A stretch of DNA of 64,000 bases. Origin: Promethearchaeati archaeon. GTDB taxonomy: Archaea > Asgardarchaeota > Heimdallarchaeia > Heimdallarchaeales > Heimdallarchaeaceae. This document shows positions 20,432 through 29,857 of the stretch, one piece after another. Within the stretch, counting starts at the first letter, position 1; every line of letters begins with the position of its first letter. Both the position numbers and the translations under genes were made by a program. The stretch is from the NCBI GenBank assembly GCA_013166775.1, contig JABLTJ010000003.1:128001-192000 (forward strand). Direction: 5' to 3'. The notes beneath the pieces were generated by a model. It saw only the letters and a list, made by a program, of their open reading frames with translations, had not been told where the DNA came from and made no database searches.

Positions 20432-22426
20432 ATGATTGATTTCAAAGATTTAGTAAGAAAGAATTATTCCATTGTAATTCTATTCACAATACTCTTCCTT
20501 TTCTTCCTACAAGCTCTCTCTGACATAGTCGAGAGAATTTATGCTTTTGCTTTACTTAACCTGGAACCAGATGAGAATATTCTAGGACTTTTATTCTTCT
20601 TATCACCAGTAGTTTTGCTTTTTTTTAGAAAGAAATTCCCTGAAATAGCAATGTTAATAGTAGGAGAAATAATGATTATATCTAGACTAATTGAACCTCT
20701 TGTGACTAAGCAAGGAATCTACATCACAGCAGGATTAACAGTAGCAAGTTTTCTAATATTCCTCCCTACTTTTTATGGGAGAACAAAAGATAAGAACAAG
20801 AATATTGGCTTAGATTTGGGTATAAGTCTCGCAATTGCTGTTTCTCTCTCAATTCTTTTCAGAACAATCAACGCTTCAATAGATATCTCTCAATACAAAC
20901 TAGGGCAAATTATAGGATGGATATTAGGTTTAATTGCTTCATTCATTCTATTTGGTTACTTCCTAACAGAAAAAGAGTCAGTAATTAAAGACGAAGAGAT
21001 TGAAATAAAAGCTAGTTTCTGGAAAGTTCTAGGATTAACAATAGGAATTTTTAGTATCTTTGTGATTTTATGGTTCGTTTTCATGAGTCCGACTGTGATA
21101 ACAAGATGGACTGAAGGAGATTATATAGGAATTATAGTTGGAATTCTATCTATGATAGCAATTTCTGTAACAGTAAAACTGTGGAGACCTGATGTAATAA
21201 ATAAAATTAAAACCTGGATGTTATGGGTTTGGAACGGTTTATTCTGTTTGTCACTCACACTAACAGTATTAGTTCATCAGTTGAGATTTCCAGATGATCA
21301 TACTCTTTATCCCATAGTTGCTCCTCAAACTGCATGGTTCCATCAGATTCCCCTAGCACTGATGATTATCAGTTCACCAATAATATACCTTGATTTCCTT
21401 TATTTAACAAGAGAAATCATTACACTAAAACCATCGACTAGAAAACTAGGTGGAGCATTTTTAATAGGTGGATTGTACTTGGTAATTATGCTCTTTTTCC
21501 AGATTCTTCCCAACATATGGGGTTACTTAGAACCTATAAGTCCAGGATTTAGGGACAAATACTGGCTAGCTTTTCTTATTCCAAGTCTTCTAGCAGGTTT
21601 GGCAATAATTCTAGTTAAAAAGGAATCTTTGAATCTTGGAAAATTAAAAAGATCATATAATTCCAAAATTATAACTGTTGTAGTAGTAGGAATGATTTTT
21701 GTGGGAACCTTGGTTGGTGCATTTATAACTGCTCCAAAACCAGACTATTCTGCTGCAGGTAAAACTTCCCTCATAATTATGACATATAATATTCAACAAG
21801 GAGTGAATGTTTCCGGAGATAGAAATTACGATGGACAATTAGAGTTAATCCAAAGCATTGATCCAGATATTATTGGTTTACAGGAATGTGATCCTACAAG
21901 AATATCAGGTGGAAATTTAGATGTTGTAAGATATTTTGCTACTAAATTAAACATGTATTCATATTACGGTCCGAAAACAGTCACCAACACGTATGGATGC
22001 GCAATTCTTTCAAAATTTCCTATATCAAATGCGGAATCATTTTTCATGTTCAGTGATGAAGAACAAATAGGTTCATCACAAGTTCAGATTACTGTAGGTA
22101 GTTCTATCTTCAATGTATTTGTAAATCATCCTTCAGGGGACGAAGACATAACCACTGTTTATCAACAGCAAGAGATTTTGAGCAGGACAATAGGTCTTTC
22201 AAACATCATTTTTATGGGTGATTTCAATTTTAGACCTTATTCACAGGAATACAATCTGACTTTAGATGCAGGATTAGAAGATTCTTGGTCTCTAAAATGG
22301 GGAATACCTGCGGATGATAGAATAGATCACATCTTTCTTAGTACAGGAAGAATAGTTCTTGGTGCACAGTATATTGAAGAAGGACAATCTGATCATCCCG
22401 CATATTGGATAGAAATGCAACTGTAG
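20432..22426 (+). CDS. Polytopic membrane protein with C-terminal EEP (endonuclease/exonuclease/phosphatase) domain, Cwh43/PGAP2IP-like
   Basis: About 13 TMs, then MTYNI, GLQE, GDFN, IDHIF and SDH EEP motifs. Confidence 0.85.
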   Translation: MIDFKDLVRKNYSIVILFTILFLFFLQALSDIVERIYAFALLNLEPDENILGLLFFLSPVVLLFFRKKFPEIAMLIVGEIMIISRLIEPLVTKQGIYITAGLTVASFLIFLPTFYGRTKDKNKNIGLDLGISLAIAVSLSILFRTINASIDISQYKLGQIIGWILGLIASFILFGYFLTEKESVIKDEEIEIKASFWKVLGLTIGIFSIFVILWFVFMSPTVITRWTEGDYIGIIVGILSMIAISVTVKLWRPDVINKIKTWMLWVWNGLFCLSLTLTVLVHQLRFPDDHTLYPIVAPQTAWFHQIPLALMIISSPIIYLDFLYLTREIITLKPSTRKLGGAFLIGGLYLVIMLFFQILPNIWGYLEPISPGFRDKYWLAFLIPSLLAGLAIILVKKESLNLGKLKRSYNSKIITVVVVGMIFVGTLVGAFITAPKPDYSAAGKTSLIIMTYNIQQGVNVSGDRNYDGQLELIQSIDPDIIGLQECDPTRISGGNLDVVRYFATKLNMYSYYGPKTVTNTYGCAILSKFPISNAESFFMFSDEEQIGSSQVQITVGSSIFNVFVNHPSGDEDITTVYQQQEILSRTIGLSNIIFMGDFNFRPYSQEYNLTLDAGLEDSWSLKWGIPADDRIDHIFLSTGRIVLGAQYIEEGQSDHPAYWIEMQL

Positions 22427-22530
22427 GTCTAATCACCTACTTTCTTCTTATTTTTTGTTAGCAAAATTTGTGCTTAATCCTTTTAAGTGTCTAAGGATTA
22501 TTTCTGCTGTAAATTTGAGGAAGAGATAAT

Positions 22531-23031
22531 GTGGATTTTATAATTCGAACTATGAAGAAGAACGACTCTTCAGATAAGGAGTTTTTTGACTATACGAATT
22601 TCGAATCTTATAAAACAACGTTAAAGGATTCAGAAAAATACTCAGAAGAAGAGTTACATAAGAAATTTCAGCAATTTGAAGAAGATGATCCATTAGATAT
22701 CAATGAATCAAAACACTCTGTTTTCATTTTGGAAACATATAATGGAATAAAAGTAGGTTTAATTTGGATAACTAATCGAGAACCATTTTGGAGATTCAAC
22801 GATCAACTTGCATGGATTTACAATTTACATACTATTCCTGAGTTCAGAAAACAAGGATTAGCGAGGTTATTAATGATTAGAGCAGAAGAATGGGCAGTTG
22901 ATCAAAATTTGAATTCAATTGCATTGCATGTGTTGAATGATAATACATTTGCAAGAAATTTGTATGAATCTTTGGGATATGAGTTAGTGGTAACTCACAA
23001 TACAAGTTGTTTTTATGAGAAAAAAGTGTAA
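22531..23031 (+). CDS. GNAT N-acetyltransferase
   Basis: PEFRKQGLA motif and N..ARNLYESLGY. Confidence 0.9.
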   Translation: MDFIIRTMKKNDSSDKEFFDYTNFESYKTTLKDSEKYSEEELHKKFQQFEEDDPLDINESKHSVFILETYNGIKVGLIWITNREPFWRFNDQLAWIYNLHTIPEFRKQGLARLLMIRAEEWAVDQNLNSIALHVLNDNTFARNLYESLGYELVVTHNTSCFYEKKV

Positions 23032-23102
23032 ATACATTGAAATGATTTAGTTTAATCAAAGCAATCAATAATTCTTTTAAATTCTATTTAACAATGTAAC
23101 AT

Positions 23103-23882
23103 ATGTCGTTTGATCGTGATATAATTTTGAAACATAGAAGAGTCCTAAGAGCTTTTGATGAGGATATTGAGAAATTTCCAAAAGGATTCCAAACAGATCA
23201 AGAGAAAAAAATCCCCAATCCACCTCTGCAGAAACCTTACCCAAAAGATGCGAAAATCTTAGATTTAGTAGAAATCGATGATATTAAATGTGGTAAAGAA
23301 ATTCCATTATTCTTTACTTTGGAAATGAGAAGAAGTCATAGAACCTTTACTGATACTCCTTTAACATTTGAAGAGTTTTCATTTCTTCTGTGGTCAACTC
23401 AAGGAGTACATGAAGTTACCAAACATCATGGTGCAGGAACAAAGAGGGTTGTACCAAGTGGTGGTGCTAGACATCCATATGAAACATATTTAATCGTCAA
23501 ACATGTAAAAGGACTAAATCCGGGCTTATATAGATATCTTGCAACTGAGCACAAATTACTCCATCTAAAGAATATAGGTGAGAATGAGCAAGAATTAATT
23601 GAAGAAATAGCAAATCAAAAATTTATCCCAAAAGGAGCTGTGATTTTCGTGTGGGCTACAATTCCTTATAGAATGGAGTGGAGATACTCTATCATGTCTA
23701 ATAAGGTGATTGCAATTGAAGCAGGACACATATGTCAGAATTTGTATTTAGCTTGTGAAGCATTGGGATTAGGAACATGTGCAATTGGAGCTTACAATCA
23801 AGAAATAGTTGATACTCTGTTTGATTTAGATGGAGAAGATGAATTTACAGTCTACTTAGCACCAGTAGGAAAACTGAACTAA
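23103..23882 (+). CDS. SagB/ThcOx-type nitroreductase family dehydrogenase
   Basis: RRSHR, PSGGARHPYE, EAGHICQNLYL, GLGTCAIG motifs. Confidence 0.9.
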   Translation: MSFDRDIILKHRRVLRAFDEDIEKFPKGFQTDQEKKIPNPPLQKPYPKDAKILDLVEIDDIKCGKEIPLFFTLEMRRSHRTFTDTPLTFEEFSFLLWSTQGVHEVTKHHGAGTKRVVPSGGARHPYETYLIVKHVKGLNPGLYRYLATEHKLLHLKNIGENEQELIEEIANQKFIPKGAVIFVWATIPYRMEWRYSIMSNKVIAIEAGHICQNLYLACEALGLGTCAIGAYNQEIVDTLFDLDGEDEFTVYLAPVGKLN

Positions 23883-23896
23883 ACCTGAAATTTATT

Positions 23897-24481
23897 CTAG
23901 TTGTATGCTTCCTTGTTTTCTTCCCACCATTCTATCCAATCTTTTCTAAGTTTATCTCTATTGTTTTTTGAAACTCCACCAACAAAACTCCAGAAAGGAT
24001 CATCAAAGATTCGACGCAAAAGAACAATTTGTCCAGTATGCCCCATAAAATGCAAAGTGATTCGTTGCATCATGTGCTTCAAATTTTCATTATTGTCTGG
24101 GATTTTAATTCTGTGAAAATCTTCATCAGTTAGAATTTTGAGTTTTCCAAAGAATTCTTCAGAGATAGATAAATAAATATCGATCAAATCATTAAAAGAA
24201 AATGGAAATTGTTCTATTTCGTCTTTTGAAACTCCATAAGCGTGATACTTCCGTTGTTTATCTGTTAGCTTTCTTTCTTTACTAAACACTGAAAGATATA
24301 AATCCATATGAGATATACAATGACCAATTATCCAAGCAATATGATTAACATCATCATGAAATTGTTGAGTAACTATCTCGGATTTGATTCCTTTGAAAGA
24401 TTGAAGAAAATTGATTTCAGCAATCTCAAATGTTTCAATTAACACTTCTTTTGAGCTCAATATTTTATTTGCTGCTACCAT
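23897..24481 (-). CDS. DinB family protein
   Basis: NHIAWIIGH and HFMGHTGQI metal-binding His pattern. Confidence 0.85.
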   Translation of the reverse strand: MVAANKILSSKEVLIETFEIAEINFLQSFKGIKSEIVTQQFHDDVNHIAWIIGHCISHMDLYLSVFSKERKLTDKQRKYHAYGVSKDEIEQFPFSFNDLIDIYLSISEEFFGKLKILTDEDFHRIKIPDNNENLKHMMQRITLHFMGHTGQIVLLRRIFDDPFWSFVGGVSKNNRDKLRKDWIEWWEENKEAYN

Positions 24482-24605
24482 AGTAAATCGACCTTAAGAT
24501 TAAGCTGTTCAGGGAATTAAAAACATTATGCGATTCTGAAACAGTCTATTACTACGTAACACTTATTTAATCTGATACTTTATCAATTAGTTAGAATAAT
24601 GATAA

Positions 24606-25571
24606 GTGGTTTCAATGAATAAGAGAAATATTTGTATTATAAGCACCAGTATTCTATTTCTGCTAGTACTGGTTAACATTCCTGCATTAAATGCTGTAAC
24701 CTATGAAAGAGGTTGGAAAGTTGGTACTGCAATGGAGTACTCTTGGGAAGGTATAGAACGGGATTCTGTTGAAGCAACTAATGACACGACTTATGTGATT
24801 TATGAATTCAAGATGCAAGCCCTGGTGAGAATAAATATTACAGAGATAGATGAATTAAACAAAGAGGTTACAGAAGTCCAAACTGTAGTTGGAGGTTATT
24901 CAGGTGAATCTGTTAAGGATTTCGACGCAGATTATATAAGCAATGAGTTAGCTAGCAGTCTATTTGATTTCTACTATTACTGGGATTATAACTTCAATCG
25001 AGCAATATTAACATCTTTTAGTATTGGTTTGTATGGCTTTTTACCCAACTTTCTGGAACCGGATTGGACAACATTCAATGAAAATTTCGTTACAATTATA
25101 GATGAAAATCAAACAATCGCAGCAATTGATACAGGTTATGAGATTCAATATATCTATCTAAGTGACTTTCTAGAAAAAGTCTCATTTCTCATAAATGGAA
25201 AAGAAAATCTTATTGAAGCTAAGAATTCTTTTACTTCAGATACTTCAAAATGGATTTTTGTGTTCGAAGTATCAGAATATATCTTAGACCGTGATTACAA
25301 TTATGATGAAGATATTTATGAGTATTTTGAATATGATAAGTATGAAGTGAAATTTGAACTGGAATATACTAAAGGTGGTATACTAACTGAAATGAGAATT
25401 AGTAGTTATTCTTCAATCACAAAGGATAATGTAAAACATATTTATGAAGAATATTATTCGTTTGTAGAAGGGGACAAAGGAACATCTTCGATAAGTTACA
25501 ATTTGCTTTCAGCACTTGTTGTGTTAGTCTTACTACCTGTACTATTACATTTCAAACGAAAAAAGAACTGA
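24606..25571 (+). CDS. Secreted, C-terminally anchored acidic protein, unknown function
   Basis: Signal peptide, Tyr/Glu-rich beta region ending EYTKGGIL, TM + KRKK tail. Confidence 0.7.
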   Translation: MVSMNKRNICIISTSILFLLVLVNIPALNAVTYERGWKVGTAMEYSWEGIERDSVEATNDTTYVIYEFKMQALVRINITEIDELNKEVTEVQTVVGGYSGESVKDFDADYISNELASSLFDFYYYWDYNFNRAILTSFSIGLYGFLPNFLEPDWTTFNENFVTIIDENQTIAAIDTGYEIQYIYLSDFLEKVSFLINGKENLIEAKNSFTSDTSKWIFVFEVSEYILDRDYNYDEDIYEYFEYDKYEVKFELEYTKGGILTEMRISSYSSITKDNVKHIYEEYYSFVEGDKGTSSISYNLLSALVVLVLLPVLLHFKRKKN

Positions 25572-25590
25572 GATGATAGAATTTCCTCTT

Positions 25591-26760
25591 CTACTTCTCT
25601 TTTTCGAATTCTTCTTTTGCTTTTGCTAGAAGCTCTGGTTTTGTAAAAACATCCAATGCAGTCATTGCAAGAGCTTTCGCAGCTACTACCATCCTATTCT
25701 GACCAAATTCAGATATTGATGCGGCTGTAAAATCCTTTGAATGACCATTGATTTCAGTTTCACTTATACCAATGTAAGGGTGAATTGTTGGAACTTCATG
25801 ACTTACATTACCAATATCACTTGATCCTAAACCGCTTCCTGGAGGAATTGGTCGTATTGGAATCTCTAGCGTTTTTAGATTTTCAAGAAAAGCTTCACCA
25901 AGGGTTCGATTGACATTTCTTGATCTATATGAGTGCCCCATTCTTTCAAATTTAAGTTTCGCACCTGTACTCAGAGCTGCACCTTTAGCACATTTTTCCA
26001 CCTTGTTTACGAGTTCTTGACAATAATTATCATCCAAAGCTCTCACATAGAATGAAGCTGATGCATAATCTGGGACTATGTTTGGTTTAACTCCTCCATG
26101 ACTTATAATCCCATGAATTCTTGCATCACTAGGGATATGTTGTCTAAGAGCACTTATAGAGTTGAAGGTTTGAATAACTGCATCCAATGCATTGATGCCT
26201 TTTTCTGGTTGAGAAGAAGCATGAGCTGATTTACCAAAAAATTCCATTTTAACCTCTACTATCGCAAGTCCACCTCTCCCAACCATATTGTAAATTGAAG
26301 AAGGATGAAACATCATCGCAGCGTCTACATTCTTAAAGAGACCTGCATTAATCATATAGATTTTTCCTCCTCCTCCTTCTTCAGCAGGTGTTCCCATAAA
26401 GATAAGTTTACCAGGAATCTCAGATTTTAGTGATCCGATAGCTAAACTCGCTCCAAGTGCAGCGGTAGCAATCAAATTATGACCACAAGCATGGCCTATT
26501 TCAGGGAGAGCGTCATATTCTGCTAGAATAGCTACAACAGGACCTTCACTCTCTTTAGGATGTACAGCAAGAATAGCAGTATCCAAATCCGCAACACCTA
26601 ATTCGACCTTAAATTCAGCTTTTTTGAGCTCATCAGCTAACAGTTTGGATGCTTTAAACTCTTCGAAACCTAATTCAGGATTTTCATGTATCTCTTTACT
26701 GATTCTAAAAAGGTAATCTTTATTCTCATCTATAAAAGAACAAACTTTATCTTTTGACAT
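25591..26760 (-). CDS. M20D amidohydrolase (AbgB/PM20D2-like)
   Basis: HENPELGFEE, EYDALP, HACGHN, GTPAEE, GSSDIGNVS motifs. Confidence 0.93.
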   Translation of the reverse strand: MSKDKVCSFIDENKDYLFRISKEIHENPELGFEEFKASKLLADELKKAEFKVELGVADLDTAILAVHPKESEGPVVAILAEYDALPEIGHACGHNLIATAALGASLAIGSLKSEIPGKLIFMGTPAEEGGGGKIYMINAGLFKNVDAAMMFHPSSIYNMVGRGGLAIVEVKMEFFGKSAHASSQPEKGINALDAVIQTFNSISALRQHIPSDARIHGIISHGGVKPNIVPDYASASFYVRALDDNYCQELVNKVEKCAKGAALSTGAKLKFERMGHSYRSRNVNRTLGEAFLENLKTLEIPIRPIPPGSGLGSSDIGNVSHEVPTIHPYIGISETEINGHSKDFTAASISEFGQNRMVVAAKALAMTALDVFTKPELLAKAKEEFEKEK

Positions 26761-26886
26761 AAAATTTCACATCTACTGAAAAGAATAACATCCTATCTCT
26801 ATAAAACAATTTCTAAGTCTATTAAGACGAAGTGCATGTTTTTTTCTTGGAAACATTAATAACTATTCAGCTTTTCTGAATCAATA

Positions 26887-27954
26887 ATGGGAAAACTCAG
26901 CTTAATCTCTAATGAAATTTATACAATTTTGATATTAGCTCTGGTTTTAGGTTTGGATTTTCCTTTAACATCTGCGAATTTATTTACTCTTGATTTTAAT
27001 GAGACAAATGCCTACAATCATATTTCAACTCAATTAGATTTTGGTTTTAGGGTTCCAGGAACAGCTTCACATAATAATTGTGCTGATTGGATAGGTGGCC
27101 AAATAGGAATCTACACAGATGAGGTAATGATTCATGATTATTCGATTCAGATTGGAGAACAACCGAGTTATTTCTGCCAAGATATTTTGGGAAAACTAAA
27201 TACTGAAAAAAACAAAATTGTTATACTTGGAGCACACTGGGATTCAAGAAATGTTGCTGAGAAAGACACTTACAATCAAAGTCAACCGATACCTGGTGCA
27301 AATGATGGTGGATCAGGAGTAGCAGTTCTAATCGAATTAGCTAGAGTTCTGTCTCTTTACAAAGATAATCTGGATTGTCAAATCTGGTTCCTCTTCATAG
27401 ATGCAGAAGATCAAGGTTATTCCCGGGGGATGTATGGGTTAGAATACTGGGATTGGAGTGAAGGCTCAAGAGTATTTGTAGATGATATAGATGAATTCTA
27501 TGATTCAAGCGCAGAAAACTTCGATAGTTTCATATTGCTTGATATGGTAGGTGGCTCAAATTTACAGTTTATTAGAGAAGCAAATTCGGATTCAAACTTG
27601 CATAATAGAATATTTAGGGAGGGTCAAAAGCTGGGATATAGTAGTGCATTTCCTGAAAATCCAACTGTTATGTCAATTATAGACGACCATATTGCTTTCA
27701 AGGATTTCGGGATGCCTGTTATTGATTTGATAATCGATTTTGTAAATGGAGAGTGGGAATACCACCATACTCATTCCGATAATTTGGAAAACATAGATCC
27801 TGAGAGTTTGAAGATAACAGGTCAGACAGTAGAATCATATATGAAGAATTTCTACACTGTAGGTTTTCCCGTCTGGGCGTATTTTGTTATCATCTTAGGT
27901 TCAATAATCCTTGTAATCATTCCTATAGTACTTCTTTTCAGAAAAAGACGATAA
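26887..27954 (+). CDS. M28 family peptidase / glutaminyl cyclase-like, membrane anchored
   Basis: HWDSR, GANDGGSG, DAED, DMVG, DDH, HHT motifs. Signal peptide and C-terminal TM + RKRR. Confidence 0.88.
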   Translation: MGKLSLISNEIYTILILALVLGLDFPLTSANLFTLDFNETNAYNHISTQLDFGFRVPGTASHNNCADWIGGQIGIYTDEVMIHDYSIQIGEQPSYFCQDILGKLNTEKNKIVILGAHWDSRNVAEKDTYNQSQPIPGANDGGSGVAVLIELARVLSLYKDNLDCQIWFLFIDAEDQGYSRGMYGLEYWDWSEGSRVFVDDIDEFYDSSAENFDSFILLDMVGGSNLQFIREANSDSNLHNRIFREGQKLGYSSAFPENPTVMSIIDDHIAFKDFGMPVIDLIIDFVNGEWEYHHTHSDNLENIDPESLKITGQTVESYMKNFYTVGFPVWAYFVIILGSIILVIIPIVLLFRKRR

Positions 27955-28012
27955 AAACCTCTTAATTTTTCGTCCATTCAAAATAACTTTTAAACTCAAT
28001 ACAAATCTTTGA

Positions 28013-29839
28013 TTGATTAATTTGACAAAGGAAATTACAATAGAAAAATTAGCTTCTATTCCAACCATTATGTTTGTAAAACCAAATAAAGATAAAGATG
28101 AATTTGGTTTCTACTGGAATAAAACAAAAAGACAAGAATTCTATACTCTTAAACCGGAAACATTGGAATACAAGCAGATAACTGACGGTCACCTTCCTAA
28201 AGCTATTAGAGCAGGTTATGTGTGGCTAAATGATAAAAAACACATTACCTATACAAAAGATAAAGATGGTGATGAACAACATAATTTGTATCTTTTTAAC
28301 CTAGAAACTAAGGAAAGTGTTCAATTAACAGATACTCCAAAAGCTCAGGAAATTCCTATTACTGTAAGCCCTGAAGGAAATAACTTGCTCTTTCTTTCTA
28401 CTCGACATGGTCAGTTGAATCATTTCATTTTGAACATTGATACAAAGGAAGTCAAGCAATTAACTGCTCATGAAAAACCTACTTGGGGAGATGCAGTATG
28501 GAGCAAAGATGATTGGATATATTATAATTACAACGATTCCTACAGCATTAAGAATTCAGATGTCTGGGCAATACGAAGTGATGGAAGTGACATTAAGAAA
28601 CTCTTCAGCGTATCAAATCAATCAAATGATGAAGTTTTCTCTGTAAATAAAGATGGAACATTGTTAGCTGTATCTAGCGATTCTATTGGTATTGATCAAG
28701 CTGGTGTATTTAATACTAAAACTTTGGAAACAAAATGGTTTGGTAAAGGAAAGTATGAAGAAAGGGCAGTACAATTTTCACAAGATGGTAAGAAATTGCT
28801 TGTTAGCCGCAATCTTGAGGCAGAAGTTAAAACTATTATTTATGATATTGAGACAGGAATTGCCAAGGAAATTGATGCTGAAGGCTATACAAGTAATATA
28901 GGATTCTGTTTAAAGGACAAATACTTGCTTTACACAAGAACAAGTCCAAAAACTCCAATGATTTTCGTTAGATATGATTTAGAAAAGGACATAGAAGAAA
29001 TAATTATTCCTCCTCAGACAGAATTCACTGAAGAAGATTTCTATGATGTAGAATATGTCAAATATCCAACTTTCGATGGACTAGAAATAGCTGCTTGTTT
29101 AGGGAAACCAAAACTTGAACCAGGTAAAAAATATCCAGCTCTAGTAAACGTACATGGAGGTCCAACCAGTCAATATTACAGAAACTTCAACATCTTTACT
29201 CAGGTCTTTGCTCATAATGGTTTTGTAATTCTCCAACCAAATATCAGAGGTAGTACCGGTTATGGTAAGGAATTTATGGAGTTAAACCTAAAGGATTGGG
29301 GTGGAGGTGATGCTAAAGATATAATCTGGGGTAAAAAATATCTAGAGTCACTTGATTATGTTGATCCTGAAAGAATTGGTGTTTTTGGCGGATCATATGG
29401 TGGATTCTCTACTTTTATACAATTGACAAAATATGCTGATGCAGGATGGAAAGCAGGTTCAGCTTGGATTGGTATTTCTCATCTCAAGAAGATGTTTGAT
29501 AAATCACTACCCCATTTCAAATATCTCTTAATTCAACATCTGGGTACTTATGATGAGAATAAAGAACTTTGGGAAGATCGTTCTGCATTGAATCATATTG
29601 AAAACATAAGTGCCCCTATCCAAATCATTCATGGAGTTCATGATCCAAGATGCCCAATAGAAGAAAGCAGGCAATTCAGAGATAAACTCGTTGAAATGGA
29701 TTGGAAAGAAGGAAAAGAAGGGGACAAAACTTACGAATACTTAGAATTCGAAGATGAAGGTCATGGTGCATTTTCTGACATCCCAATGAGAATCAGAACT
29801 ACCAAACTCTTCATTGACTTCTTTCAGAGAAGGCTTTAA
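28013..29839 (+). CDS. S9 family serine peptidase (acylaminoacyl/dipeptidyl peptidase) with beta-propeller
   Basis: HGGP, GGSYGG, D (HDPRC), H (EGH) triad after an N-terminal propeller. Confidence 0.95.
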   Translation: MINLTKEITIEKLASIPTIMFVKPNKDKDEFGFYWNKTKRQEFYTLKPETLEYKQITDGHLPKAIRAGYVWLNDKKHITYTKDKDGDEQHNLYLFNLETKESVQLTDTPKAQEIPITVSPEGNNLLFLSTRHGQLNHFILNIDTKEVKQLTAHEKPTWGDAVWSKDDWIYYNYNDSYSIKNSDVWAIRSDGSDIKKLFSVSNQSNDEVFSVNKDGTLLAVSSDSIGIDQAGVFNTKTLETKWFGKGKYEERAVQFSQDGKKLLVSRNLEAEVKTIIYDIETGIAKEIDAEGYTSNIGFCLKDKYLLYTRTSPKTPMIFVRYDLEKDIEEIIIPPQTEFTEEDFYDVEYVKYPTFDGLEIAACLGKPKLEPGKKYPALVNVHGGPTSQYYRNFNIFTQVFAHNGFVILQPNIRGSTGYGKEFMELNLKDWGGGDAKDIIWGKKYLESLDYVDPERIGVFGGSYGGFSTFIQLTKYADAGWKAGSAWIGISHLKKMFDKSLPHFKYLLIQHLGTYDENKELWEDRSALNHIENISAPIQIIHGVHDPRCPIEESRQFRDKLVEMDWKEGKEGDKTYEYLEFEDEGHGAFSDIPMRIRTTKLFIDFFQRRL

Positions 29840-29857
29840 AGCCTGCTCCTTTTTATT

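Noticed and set aside
23103-23882. SagB-like gene as part of a RiPP (azole peptide) cluster
   Set aside because: No YcaO cyclodehydratase or precursor peptide nearby. Stand-alone members are common.
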